Shown here: positions 19,053-29,097 of the stretch, piece after piece | How the letters are laid out: each line of letters starts with the position of its first letter | How positions within the stretch are numbered: the stretch's first letter is position 1 | NCBI GenBank assembly: GCA_963745025.1 | Contig: CAVUWD010000013.1 | Coordinates: 1 to 64,000 of the forward strand | Direction of reading: 5' to 3' | DNA: 64,000 nucleotides | From: an uncultured delta proteobacterium | GTDB taxonomy: Bacteria; Desulfobacterota; Binatia; JACPRU01 | Notes under the pieces: generated by a model | Database searches by the model: none | Told to the model about the DNA's origin: nothing | What the model saw: the letters and a program-made list of their open reading frames with translations, nothing else | Made by a program: the position numbers and the translations under genes

Positions 19053-20711
19053 TCATGTATCTCGCGTCTGACCCAGCGCGCTCTGCACGATCTCCTGGGC
19101 CTCGCTCACGATGGAATTCAGATGAGCCGCGCCTTCGAAGCTTTCCGCATAGATCTTGTAGATGTTCTCGGTGCCGGAAGGCCGCGCCGCGAACCAGCCG
19201 CTCGGGGCGACCACCTTCAGGCCACCGATCGGGGCGTCGTTGCCGGGCGCATGGGTCAGCCTGGCGCTGATCGGCTCGCCCGCGAGCACCGATCTCGTGA
19301 CTGCCTCGGGCGACAGGTTTCCGAGCTTCGCCTTCTGCTCGGGCGACGCCGGCGCGTCCCTGCGGGTGTAGTATGAAGTGCCGAGCTCCGCGGTCAGCTC
19401 GCGATAGCGTTCCCCGGGGTCGCTTCCGGTCCGGGCGGTGATCTCCGCGGCGAGCAGGTTCGGGACCAGCCCATCTTTATCCGTCGTCCACACCGTGCCG
19501 TCGCGCCTCAAGAACGTCGCTCCCGAGCTCTCCTCGCCGCAGAAGCCGATCGAGCCGTCGATCAGCCCGTCGACGAACCACTTGAATCCGACCGGAACTT
19601 CGATCAGCCGCCGCTTCAGACGCGCGGCCACGCGATCGATCATGCCGCTGCTGACGACCGTCTTGCCGACGGCGGCCGACGCCGGCCACTGCGGGCGGTT
19701 GGCGAACAAGTAGTCGATCGCGACGGCAAGGTAGTGGTTCGGATCGAGCAATCCCTGAGTATGGCTGACGATCCCGTGCCGGTCGGCGTCGGCGTCGTTC
19801 GCGAAAGCGACGTCGAAGCGCTCTTTGAGGGCGACCATTCCCGCCATGGCGTATGCCGACGAGGGATCCATGCGGATCTGCCCGTCCCAATCCACGGTCA
19901 TGAAGCGGAACGTGGGGTCGACGGCGTGATTCACGACTTCGAGATCGAGGCCGTAGCGCTCGCCGATGGCATCCCAGTACGCGACGCTCGCGCCGCCGAG
20001 CGGGTCCACGCCGATGTGCATCTTGCTCTCCCGGATCGCTTGCAGGTCCACCACCGCAGGGAGATCGCCGACGTAGGTGTCGAGGTAAGGATGCTCGTGC
20101 GTAGTGGAGGCTTTGCAGGCGCGCTCGTAAGGGACTCTCGTCACTCCGCGTAGCTCGTCGGCGATGAACGCGTTGGCCCGCTGCTCGATCCACTGGGTCA
20201 CCCGCGTGTCCGCCGGTCCCCCGTGGGGCGGGTTGTATTTGAAGCCGCCGAATTGCGGCGGATTGTGTGACGGCGTGATGACGATGCCGTCGGCGAGCCC
20301 GTGCGTGCGGCCCCGGTTGTATGTGAGAATCGCGTGCGAGATGACCGGGGTTGGCGTGTAACCCTTGCCCGCGTCGACCATGACCTCGACGCCGTTGGCC
20401 GCCAGTACCTCCAATGCGCTGGCGAAAGCCGGGGCCGAGAGCGCGTGCGTATCGATGCCGAGGTAGAGGGGGCCGTCGATCCTCTGCTCCTGGCGGTAGA
20501 GACAGATGGCCTCGGTGATTGCCAGGATGTGCGCCTCGTTGAAGCCATTCTCCAGCGAGGAGCCGCGATGCCCGGAGGTTCCGAAGGCCACGCGCTGGGC
20601 GGGCACGGAGGGGTCTGGCTGCCCCGTGTAGTACGCCGTCACCAACCGCGGGACGTCGACGAGAATCGAGGGTTCGGCGGGCTTTCCTGCGAGCGGACTG
20701 ACGTGCTGCAT
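19053..20711 (-). CDS. pgm: Phosphoglucomutase (alpha-D-glucose phosphate-specific)
   Basis: [14 protein letters not shown] phosphoserine motif, [27 protein letters not shown]. Confidence 0.97.
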   Translation of the reverse strand: MQHVSPLAGKPAEPSILVDVPRLVTAYYTGQPDPSVPAQRVAFGTSGHRGSSLENGFNEAHILAITEAICLYRQEQRIDGPLYLGIDTHALSAPAFASALEVLAANGVEVMVDAGKGYTPTPVISHAILTYNRGRTHGLADGIVITPSHNPPQFGGFKYNPPHGGPADTRVTQWIEQRANAFIADELRGVTRVPYERACKASTTHEHPYLDTYVGDLPAVVDLQAIRESKMHIGVDPLGGASVAYWDAIGERYGLDLEVVNHAVDPTFRFMTVDWDGQIRMDPSSAYAMAGMVALKERFDVAFANDADADRHGIVSHTQGLLDPNHYLAVAIDYLFANRPQWPASAAVGKTVVSSGMIDRVAARLKRRLIEVPVGFKWFVDGLIDGSIGFCGEESSGATFLRRDGTVWTTDKDGLVPNLLAAEITARTGSDPGERYRELTAELGTSYYTRRDAPASPEQKAKLGNLSPEAVTRSVLAGEPISARLTHAPGNDAPIGGLKVVAPSGWFAARPSGTENIYKIYAESFEGAAHLNSIVSEAQEIVQSALGQTRDT

Positions 20712-20862
20712 GCCTGGTGCTCCTCGGATGCGGGCGATCGGACCTCTACTTCACGGGGCAGGGTTTCGCGCCCCAGATCTCGGCCGCGTATTGGGCGATC
20801 GTGCGATCGCTTGAGAACTTCCCTGAGCTCCCGTCGATGGTGGCGGCCATGGGCGTCCCTCA

Positions 20863-21447
20863 TCAACCGGCGAGAGGCCCATTCCAGATTCTCACGGCGG
20901 GTATCCCGCGATAGTAGGCGAGCACGTTCAACGTACCCGTATCGAGCAGAAAGTGCTCCCCGGCGCGGGCGGGCAGCCCGACCCAACGGGCCACGAGCAC
21001 GCGCAGTAAGTGTCCATGGGCGAAGAGCGCGACGTTGCCTTCGACGGCACGTGCGCGGGCAATCACGCGATCCACCCGTGCGGCCACCTCGGCCGGTGTC
21101 TCGCCGCCCGGGCACCCATCCCGGAAGATCAACCAGCCGGGCACCTTTTCGTGGATCTGTCCGGGCGTCAGTCCCTCGTACTGCCCGTAATTCCACTCGA
21201 CCAGGTCGGAATCGATGATGGCATGCTCACCGAGACCCGAGAGCTCGCAGGTCTCCCGCGCGCGCTGCAACGGGCTGGTCAGGACGAGCGCGAATTTCTC
21301 CTTGCTCAGCACGGGCCTGATCCGCTCGGCGAGCCGACGCCCGTTGTCGGTCAAGGGGATGTCCGTCGTGCCCGTGTGCTGCCCGGAGAGGCTCCACTCG
21401 GTCTCCCCGTGCCTGATTGCAAAGACCTCTTGTTCGGGACTCGCCAT
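20863..21447 (-). CDS. Histidine phosphatase / phosphoglycerate mutase family
   Basis: RHGETEW, SPLQRARET, LVEWNYG.YEG, AHGH. Confidence 0.92.
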   Translation of the reverse strand: MASPEQEVFAIRHGETEWSLSGQHTGTTDIPLTDNGRRLAERIRPVLSKEKFALVLTSPLQRARETCELSGLGEHAIIDSDLVEWNYGQYEGLTPGQIHEKVPGWLIFRDGCPGGETPAEVAARVDRVIARARAVEGNVALFAHGHLLRVLVARWVGLPARAGEHFLLDTGTLNVLAYYRGIPAVRIWNGPLAG

Positions 21448-21501
21448 GAGTCGGAAGATTCAAGGTCCTCTCATCGAACCCGCAGGCCGCCTTGTCTCGG
21501 C

Positions 21502-23913
21502 TCAGACGTTGTCGGACTCCGTTGAGCTGCCCCGTCGGCCGGCGACCGGCGCGGCCTGCCCCCATTTCCATCCGGTGATCTCGGGCATGTCGTCGCCGTG
21601 CCGGGCGATGTACTGCTTGTGCTCCATCAGTTTGTCGCGGATCGCCTGCTGGGCATAGGCGGCCCGGGCTCCCAGCCGCGGCACGCGGTCGATCACGTCG
21701 CTCACCAGGTGGAAGCGATCGAGATCGTTCAGCACGCACATGTCGAACGGCGTGGTCGTCGTGCCTTCTTCCTTGTAGCCGCGCACGTGCAGATTCGGGT
21801 GGCCCTTCCGCCGATAGGTCAGCCGGTGGATGAGCCACGGATAGCCGTGGAACGCGAAGACGATCGGCTTGTCGGTGGTGAACAGCGTGTTGAACTCGCT
21901 GTCCGACAGGCCGTGCGGATGCTCGCTCTGCGGCTGCAGCTTCATCAGGTTCACGACGTTGATGACGCGGATCTTCAGCTCGGGGACGTGGCGGCGCAGC
22001 AGATCGACGGCGGCGAGCGTCTCCAAGGTCGGCACGTCGCCGCAACAGGCCATGACTACGTCAGGCTCGCCGCCGCGATCGTTGCTGGCCCATTCCCAGA
22101 TCCCGAGCCCGGCGGTGCAGTGATTGATCGCCTCGTCCATGGTCAACCACTGAGGGGCCGGCTGCTTGCCGGCGACGACGAGATTCACGTAGTTGCGGCT
22201 CCGCAGGCAATGATCGGTCACCGAGAGCAGGCAGTTGGCGTCGGGCGGCAGGTATACGCGGACGACGCCTGCCTTCTTGTTGACGACGTGATCGATGAAG
22301 CCGGGATCCTGGTGGCTGAAGCCGTTGTGGTCCTGGCGCCAAACGTGAGACGAGAGTAGATAGTTGAGCGAGGCGATCGGCCGGCGCCAGGGGATGTGAT
22401 CGCATACTTTCAGCCACTTGGCGTGCTGGTTGAACATCGAGTCGATGATGTGGATGAAGGCTTCGTAGCACGAGAAGAAGCCGTGCCGGCCGGTCAGGAG
22501 ATAGCCCTCGAGCCACCCCTGGCACTGGTGCTCGCTCAACATCTCCATCACGCGGCCGTCCGGCGCGAGATGATCGTCCCAGGCGTAGGTCTCCGCGACC
22601 CAGGCTCGATTGGTGACCTCCATCGCGTCCTGCCAGCGGTTCGAGTTGTTCTCGTCTGGACTGAAGAGCCGGAAGTTACGGGCCTCCATGTTGAGCTTCA
22701 TCACGTCGCGGAGAAACTTGCCCATGATCCGCGTCGACTCGGCATTGCTCGCGCCGGGGGTGGTCACCTTCACGGCGTAGTCGCGGAAGTCGGGTAGGCG
22801 CAGGTCGCGAAGAACGGCGCCGCCGTTCGTGTGCGGGTTGGCGCTCATGCGCCGGGCGCCCTTCGGTGGCAGCGCGGCGAGCTCGGGCTTGAGCCGGCCG
22901 TCCGCCTCGAAGAGCTCTTGCGGTTTGTAGCTCTTCATCCATCGCTCGAGGATGCGCACGTGCTCAGGCTTCTCGTGCATCTCGCCCATCGGCACCTGGT
23001 GGGATCGCCAGTAGTCCTCGGTCCGCTTGCCGTCGATCTCCTTAGGGCAAGTCCATCCCTTGGGCGTGCGCAGAACGATCATCGGCCAGAGTGGGCGCTT
23101 CTTGAAGCCGTGCTGACGCGCGTCGGCCTTGATCCGCTGGATGTCCTTGACGATCGCGTCGAGCGTTTCCGCCATGAGCTGGTGCATCGCCTTCGGCTCG
23201 TGGCCCTCGACGAAATAAGGCGTGTAGCCGTAGCCCCGGAAGAGGTGGTCGAGCTCCTCGTGGCTGATGCGCGCGAGTATGCAGGGGTTGGCGATCTTGT
23301 AGCCGTTCAAGTGAAGGATCGGCAGGACCACTCCATCGGTGACCGGATTCAAGAACTTGTTGGAATGCCAGCTCGTCGCCAGCGGGCCGGTTTCGGCTTC
23401 GCCGTCGCCCACGACGCAGGCCGCGATCAGATCGGGGTTGTCGAAGACGGCACCGTACGCGTGCGAGATCGCGTAGCCGAGCTCGCCGCCCTCGTGGATC
23501 GAGCCGGGCGTCTCGGGAGCCACGTGGCTCGGAATCCCGCCGGGGAACGAGAACTGCTTGAAGAGGCGCTTCATGCCCTCCTCGTCTTGCGAGATGTTCG
23601 GGTAAACCTCGCTGTACGTCGCCTCGAGGTAGGCGTTGGCGACGAGGCCGGGCCCGCCGTGCCCGGGGCCGGTGATGTAGAGCATGTTGAGGTCGTGCTT
23701 CGTTATCAGCCGGTTCAGATGGACGTAGATGAAGTTGAGGCCCGGCGTGGTTCCCCAGTGGCCCAGGAGCCTCGGCTTGACGTGCTCCTTGGTCAGAGGA
23801 TTCTTCAGCAACGGATTGTCGTACAGGTAGATCTGGCCGACCGAGAGGTAGTTGGCGGCCCGCCAGTACGCGTCGATGAGACCGAGTTCCTTGTCAGACA
23901 GCGCTTTCGTCAT
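21502..23913 (-). CDS. xfp: Xylulose-5-phosphate/fructose-6-phosphate phosphoketolase
   Basis: [26 protein letters not shown] ThDP motif, [26 protein letters not shown]. Confidence 0.97.
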   Translation of the reverse strand: MTKALSDKELGLIDAYWRAANYLSVGQIYLYDNPLLKNPLTKEHVKPRLLGHWGTTPGLNFIYVHLNRLITKHDLNMLYITGPGHGGPGLVANAYLEATYSEVYPNISQDEEGMKRLFKQFSFPGGIPSHVAPETPGSIHEGGELGYAISHAYGAVFDNPDLIAACVVGDGEAETGPLATSWHSNKFLNPVTDGVVLPILHLNGYKIANPCILARISHEELDHLFRGYGYTPYFVEGHEPKAMHQLMAETLDAIVKDIQRIKADARQHGFKKRPLWPMIVLRTPKGWTCPKEIDGKRTEDYWRSHQVPMGEMHEKPEHVRILERWMKSYKPQELFEADGRLKPELAALPPKGARRMSANPHTNGGAVLRDLRLPDFRDYAVKVTTPGASNAESTRIMGKFLRDVMKLNMEARNFRLFSPDENNSNRWQDAMEVTNRAWVAETYAWDDHLAPDGRVMEMLSEHQCQGWLEGYLLTGRHGFFSCYEAFIHIIDSMFNQHAKWLKVCDHIPWRRPIASLNYLLSSHVWRQDHNGFSHQDPGFIDHVVNKKAGVVRVYLPPDANCLLSVTDHCLRSRNYVNLVVAGKQPAPQWLTMDEAINHCTAGLGIWEWASNDRGGEPDVVMACCGDVPTLETLAAVDLLRRHVPELKIRVINVVNLMKLQPQSEHPHGLSDSEFNTLFTTDKPIVFAFHGYPWLIHRLTYRRKGHPNLHVRGYKEEGTTTTPFDMCVLNDLDRFHLVSDVIDRVPRLGARAAYAQQAIRDKLMEHKQYIARHGDDMPEITGWKWGQAAPVAGRRGSSTESDNV

Positions 23914-24100
23914 GATCTCCTCCGTGATCCATTGCTACGATCGCGGCCCAGGCTTTCGCGACTCCGCTAGGGGGTCCGCACCACAGATCGCTCTCGTTGG
24001 TCGCGACTTGCTTCGACCGAACACCCTGCCGAGCCGGCTCTCAGGTCTTCGCCCTGGCTTCCGCGGCGTTGGATGCTGCGCGTAACAGGCCAGTCACCCT

Positions 24101-25177
24101 TCAATCGTCGTCCTCTTCTCCGCGACGCACCGCAGTATGCGTACCCGCGGGCGCCGGCTCCATCTCGTCGGAGTAGGCCCCGAGGCTGGCCGCGACATTG
24201 CACCTGGCCCGGTGGGACAGGGCCTCCTGTCCCGCCTTCAGGTTCTCATCGCCGCCGCGCCACGCCGCGAGCGCCGGGTCTTGGAGAGCGCGCCCGTAGG
24301 AGAAACCGATCTTCCAGGGTTTGGCCCCGGGCAGTCGATTGATCGCGTTCAGGTGGGCGGTGGCCATGCGGCCGCTCTGGCCGCCCGACAGGAACACGAT
24401 GCCGGGAACCGCCGCGGGAACGTGCCGGCGCAGGCAGCGAAGCGTCGCGGTCGCGACCTCCTGCGCGGAGGCCTGGCGGGGACATTCCCCGCCTGCGATG
24501 ATCATGCTGGGCTTGAGCAGCATGGATTGCAGCGAGACGCGCTGCTCGAAAAGGGAGTCGAACACCGCGTGGAGGACCACGCTCGTGACCTCTTCGCACC
24601 GCTCGATCGTGTGGGGCCCGTCCATCAGCACTTCCGGCTCGACGATCGGCACGAGGCCCATTTCCTGACAGAGCGCAGCGTATCGCCCGAGGGCGTGTGC
24701 GTTCACGTTCACGCAGGTCGAGCTCGGTAACGAGTCGGCGATGCGAATGACGGCGCGCCACTTCGCGAAGCGGGCGCCCATTCCCCTGTATTCGGCGAGG
24801 CGGTCGCGGAGCCCGTCGAGCCCCTCGGTGACGCTCTCGCCGGGGCAGGCGGCGAGGGGCTTCGCCCCGGTATCGACCTTGATGCCGGGGATGATGCCTT
24901 GGTTCGAGAGGACCTGTGGGAGCGGTATCCCGGCGGAGCTCTTCTGGCGGATGGTCTCGTCGTACATGATGACGCCGCTGATGAGCTCCGCCACGCCGGG
25001 CGACGTGAAGAGCATTTCGCGGTAGGTGCGCCGGCTCTGCGCGGTCGACTCGATGCCGAGCGCGACGAATCGCTTGGTCAGGGTCGGGGAGGTCTCGTCG
25101 GCTGCCAGGATGCCCTTCCCGTCGGCCACTAGCGCGCTTGCGGTGCTTTCGAGACCGTCGGCCGTCGGGAATGTCAT
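24101..25177 (-). CDS. Fructose-bisphosphate aldolase class I (eukaryote-like type)
   Basis: GKGILAADE, GIKVD, FAKWR, VPIVEPEV, LLKP Schiff-base Lys, FLSGGQ, FSYGRALQ. Confidence 0.96.
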   Translation of the reverse strand: MTFPTADGLESTASALVADGKGILAADETSPTLTKRFVALGIESTAQSRRTYREMLFTSPGVAELISGVIMYDETIRQKSSAGIPLPQVLSNQGIIPGIKVDTGAKPLAACPGESVTEGLDGLRDRLAEYRGMGARFAKWRAVIRIADSLPSSTCVNVNAHALGRYAALCQEMGLVPIVEPEVLMDGPHTIERCEEVTSVVLHAVFDSLFEQRVSLQSMLLKPSMIIAGGECPRQASAQEVATATLRCLRRHVPAAVPGIVFLSGGQSGRMATAHLNAINRLPGAKPWKIGFSYGRALQDPALAAWRGGDENLKAGQEALSHRARCNVAASLGAYSDEMEPAPAGTHTAVRRGEEDDD

Positions 25178-25539
25178 GGGCAGGGTCTCCCGACTGCGGA
25201 ACGATCGACAGCAATTGAGCTAACGTCACGCTGAACACTCCGCGAAGTACGCCGCCGCAACGCCTGCTGAAATCGCAACCGAATCGCGGCCGCGGTTTCT
25301 CGATGAGTCGATTCCTCGCGATTGCGCCTCCGTCGATCTATTTTATCTATTGGAGGGCTCTCCAACTCTTTCGGGTACTGGGCGAAGAGTGGGAGCCGCG
25401 GGGATGGGTTTCGGCAACGCCCACCCGCGGAGACGTACCGGATCACCTTCGTAGCGCGCACGCCGTTGCCCGCGCCGGTTAGGCGCGTGGAGAGCCAGGA
25501 GCCCTGAAGTGGCGAGAGCTCCTGCTCCCAGCGCAGGGT

Positions 25540-25980
25540 TTACTTGCTGATTTTCATATCGACGCCGCCAGCACCTAACGTGAACTTCAAGCCTTGGGTA
25601 GTTGCCACCAAGTTGATCTTCACTCCGTTTTGGTTCTTCATGGCGGTCGCCGAGGCTCCTCCGGCCACCGTCGCCCCGATGCCCGCGGCCGTGTAGTTGC
25701 CGTCAAAGTCGGCAAGTTTCTTCAGGTTGTAGACGCTGCCGGACGCCTCTACCTGGCTTGCGCCCACGTCACCGACCGAGAGGCCCTTCACTGAGATCGG
25801 ATAGTCCTTGCCCTTGTAAGTGAGTGTGCCGCCTCCCCAGCTATACCCAATGCCGACCGCGACCGACCCTGCGCTCAGCTTGAGCGTTGCATCGGGTGTC
25901 TCCTCCTCCGCCTGAGCCACGCTCAAGGCCAAACCCAGGGCGGCAACTGCCATCAACGCGCTGATGCTCCGAATCTTCAT
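25540..25980 (-). CDS. Exported DUF1134/EipA-like protein
   Basis: Signal peptide; GSVAVGIGYSWGGGTLTYKG, VYNLKKLADFDGNY, MKNQNGVKI. Confidence 0.85.
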   Translation of the reverse strand: MKIRSISALMAVAALGLALSVAQAEEETPDATLKLSAGSVAVGIGYSWGGGTLTYKGKDYPISVKGLSVGDVGASQVEASGSVYNLKKLADFDGNYTAAGIGATVAGGASATAMKNQNGVKINLVATTQGLKFTLGAGGVDMKISK

Positions 25981-25995
25981 ACTTTCCCTTTCTCT

Positions 25996-26037
25996 TGCAT
26001 CGTTAGACTAACCCGATGCGTCGTTAGAGTAACCCGA
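25996..26037. promoter_or_regulatory. Tandem 21-bp direct repeat, each unit with a GTTAG-N-CTAAC palindrome; candidate operator
   Basis: TGCATCGTTAGACTAACCCGA and TGCGTCGTTAGAGTAACCCGA (19/21 identical) in a divergent intergenic region. Confidence 0.5.
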
Positions 26038-26189
26038 ACGTGACCTCCGCCCCAGCTGGCGACCGCGCCACTCGCTCTCTCCGCTGAAGCACGCCGACGC
26101 TCGATTTCAATCTCTCCGCTTGCCGTCAGGGAAGAGGTTTGTCAATGGTCGTTGGAAAATGACTGCCGACGTCGGTATGAAGATCAATT

Positions 26190-28541
26190 ATGAAGATCAA
26201 TAAGGCGAGTTGCAGAAGGAAAGGTCCCTTGACCCGACGGCCCCCCAGTGCCCGCCGCGGCGTGGTCATGCTCACCGCCTGGAGCTTCCTATTCTCGACC
26301 AGCGTCCCCGTCGGCGCGCAGACGCCCCCTACAGCCGCACCTTCCGCCGCCGGTACAGCCACCACCGCGGCGGCGCCTCCCGACGGCGGCTGGCCGCGCG
26401 GCTACAGCACGTCGAGCGGCGGCCACATCCTCATCTACCAGCCGCAGGTCGCGAGCTGGAACGCTCAGAAGCACATGATCGCCCCTTCCGCGGTCGCGTT
26501 CACGCCGAAGGACGCCGCGAAGGCCGAGATGGGCACGATCCGCATCGAAGCCGACACCTCGGTCGCGATGGAGGAGCGGCTGGTCCGCTTCACGAACTTC
26601 CAGATCGCCGAGGCGAGCTTCCCGACGCTCGACAAGGACAAGACCCGCGAAGTCGTGACCGAGATCGACAACGCGTTCCCGGACGACGAGCGCGTCATCG
26701 GGCTCGACCGCGTCCTCGCCGCCATCGACCGCAGCCAGATCATGCCCAAGAACGTCGAGGGAGTGAAGGCCGATCCGCCCAAGATCTTCTTCAGCCAGAA
26801 GCCCGCTTTCCTCGTCAACCTCGATGGCAAGGCGATCTGGAGCCCCATCAAGGACAACGACCTCAAGTACGCGGTCAACACCAACTGGGACCTGTTCCAG
26901 CACGAGCCGTCGAGCAGCTATTTCCTGCGCGTCGAGTCGTCGTGGCTCGAGGCCAAGGACGTCAACGGGCCCTGGGTGCCGGCGGCGGCGCTACCGGAGA
27001 GCTTTTCGAAGCTCCCGAGCGATGACAACTGGAAGGACGTGAAGGCGGCCGTCCCGGGCACGGCGCTCGATCCCGCGAAGGCCCCGATCGTGTTCGTCAG
27101 CGAGGAGCCGGCCGAGGTGATCCTGCTCGACGGCGAGCCCAAGTACGCGCCGGTGCCGGGGGCGGGCAATCTCCTGTGGGTGAGCAACACCGAGAGCGAC
27201 GTGTTCCGGCTCGGGGCGGGGGGAGCGGTGTACTACCTCGTGTCCGGCCGCTGGTTCACCGCCCCCAACTTCAACGGTCCGTGGACCTTCGCGACACCGA
27301 GCCTGCCGGGCGAGTTCCGGAAGATCTCGCCCGAGCACCCGCGCTCCCGCGTGCTGGCCTCGGTGCCGGGCACGCCGCAGGCGGTCGACGCCGTACTGCT
27401 CGCCCAGGTGCCGGAGACCGCGCGCGTCAAGCGGAGCGAGATCAAAGCGCCGGAGGTCACCTACGCCGGCGAGCCGAAGTTCGAGCCGATCGAGCAAACC
27501 TCGCTCCAGCGCGCGAGCAACACCGACAAGGCCATCATCAAGGTCGGCGACATGTACTACATGTGCTTCGACGGAGTCTGGTTCATGGGCAGCAGCCCGC
27601 AGGGGCCGTGGAAGGTCACCGACTCGGTGCCCGGCGAGATCTACCAGATCCCGGCGAGCTCGCCGGTACACAACGTCACCTACGTCACGGTCGAGGATCA
27701 CGACGACGAGTGGGTCCAGTTCGCGGCCGTGGCCGGTTACACCGGCATGATGATCGCCTGGGGCTGTGCGGTCTCGGGATCGGGCTGGTACTACCCGCCG
27801 TATTACGGTTGGTACGGAGGCTATCCGGCCTACTATCCGTACTACCGAAGCTACGGCTACGGCTCCTACTACAACCAATGGACGGGGGCGTACGGATCCG
27901 GCGGCCGCGTATACGGGCCATACGGCAGCGCCGGCTGGGGCAGAAGCTACAACCCCTCGACCGGCACCTATGCGCGGGGTGCCTCCGCCTACGGGGCCAA
28001 CGGCTCCCGCTACGCCGGCCAGGCTTACAACCCGCGCACCGGCGGCTACGCGCAGACGCGCGGTGGCTCGAACGTGTACGGGAGCTGGAACCAGACCGCC
28101 GTTCAGCGCGGCGACAGTTGGGCGCAGAGCGCGCGCTACACCAACAGCGCGACCGGCAGTACCACGCGCGTGGCTACCGGCAGCGGCGGCAACGTCTACG
28201 CCGGCCGCGACGGGAACGTCTACCGCAAGGAGGGCGGCTACTGGCAGAAGTACGACAACGGCGGCTGGGACAGCGTGCAGAAGCCCAGCCAGTCGCAGAC
28301 CAATCAGGCGCGGGGCCAGGCGCAGCAGCGTGCCGCGCAGGTCGATCGGAGCACGTACGAGGGGCTGAACCGCGATTCGGCCGCCCGCGCCGACGGGGCG
28401 CAGCGCACGCGCGACTTCAGCAGCTACCAGAGGAGCGGCGGGAGCACCGCCGGCAGCTACCGTTCGAGCGGGGCGAGCCGGCCGAGCGGTGGGTACCGCG
28501 GCGGGGGAGGGCGCGGCGGCGGAGGCGGCCGGCGGCGCTAG
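26190..28541 (+). CDS. Large exported protein with Trp-rich repeats and a Gly/Tyr-rich tail (family often labelled carbohydrate-binding V/XII)
   Basis: Signal peptide; GWPR, YQPQV, repeated N(T)xxD..YY...GxW...GPW modules; YNPxTGxY repeats; RGG tail. Start uncertain. Confidence 0.85.
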   Translation: MKINKASCRRKGPLTRRPPSARRGVVMLTAWSFLFSTSVPVGAQTPPTAAPSAAGTATTAAAPPDGGWPRGYSTSSGGHILIYQPQVASWNAQKHMIAPSAVAFTPKDAAKAEMGTIRIEADTSVAMEERLVRFTNFQIAEASFPTLDKDKTREVVTEIDNAFPDDERVIGLDRVLAAIDRSQIMPKNVEGVKADPPKIFFSQKPAFLVNLDGKAIWSPIKDNDLKYAVNTNWDLFQHEPSSSYFLRVESSWLEAKDVNGPWVPAAALPESFSKLPSDDNWKDVKAAVPGTALDPAKAPIVFVSEEPAEVILLDGEPKYAPVPGAGNLLWVSNTESDVFRLGAGGAVYYLVSGRWFTAPNFNGPWTFATPSLPGEFRKISPEHPRSRVLASVPGTPQAVDAVLLAQVPETARVKRSEIKAPEVTYAGEPKFEPIEQTSLQRASNTDKAIIKVGDMYYMCFDGVWFMGSSPQGPWKVTDSVPGEIYQIPASSPVHNVTYVTVEDHDDEWVQFAAVAGYTGMMIAWGCAVSGSGWYYPPYYGWYGGYPAYYPYYRSYGYGSYYNQWTGAYGSGGRVYGPYGSAGWGRSYNPSTGTYARGASAYGANGSRYAGQAYNPRTGGYAQTRGGSNVYGSWNQTAVQRGDSWAQSARYTNSATGSTTRVATGSGGNVYAGRDGNVYRKEGGYWQKYDNGGWDSVQKPSQSQTNQARGQAQQRAAQVDRSTYEGLNRDSAARADGAQRTRDFSSYQRSGGSTAGSYRSSGASRPSGGYRGGGGRGGGGGRRR

Positions 28542-28661
28542 GACGGTCCGAGATCGCCCGTCATGTAACTTCCGGCTCGAGAAAGAAGCTCGTGGCGGAC
28601 AAGCCAGGCGCGAGCCCGCCGCGTTCAGGTCACAGAAGAAATTTCGGATCGAGCTAGATCG

Positions 28662-29090
28662 ATGGTGTGCCGACTCGTTACGACGGCGCTCGCGGTTCTC
28701 ATCGCGACTGCCCTAGTCGCACCGCGGGTCGGTCGTGCCGAAGAAGCGCGGGCACCGGATGCGACCATCGTCGTGTCGAGTAGCGGCGCGGCATCGGTGC
28801 TCGGCCTGACGCTGGTCGAAGGTACATTGCGTCATCGCGGCAAGGTTTATCTGCTGACGTTGCGCGGCGCGCAGCCCTCGATCGCCTCGGCGGGCAAAGT
28901 GTACGGTCTCGGACAGCCGCGCGATATCGAAGGCTCCTACAAGCCGGCCGATGGCGGGCTGCGCAGCGACCGCGGGGTGACCATCGTCTTCGAACCGCCG
29001 CTCGATCTGCCGGGCGGCCACCTCGAGGTCGATCTCGGCAGCCGCGTCTATCCGAAGGCCTCGACCGGCCAGCGCGGGACGGTCGACTAG
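28662..29090 (+). CDS. Exported divergent DUF1134/EipA-like protein
   Basis: PDATI, GTLRHRGKVY, GKVYGL...DIEGSY and LRSDRGVTI parallel the motifs of 25540-25980. Confidence 0.6.
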   Translation: MVCRLVTTALAVLIATALVAPRVGRAEEARAPDATIVVSSSGAASVLGLTLVEGTLRHRGKVYLLTLRGAQPSIASAGKVYGLGQPRDIEGSYKPADGGLRSDRGVTIVFEPPLDLPGGHLEVDLGSRVYPKASTGQRGTVD

Positions 29091-29097
29091 AGCCAGG

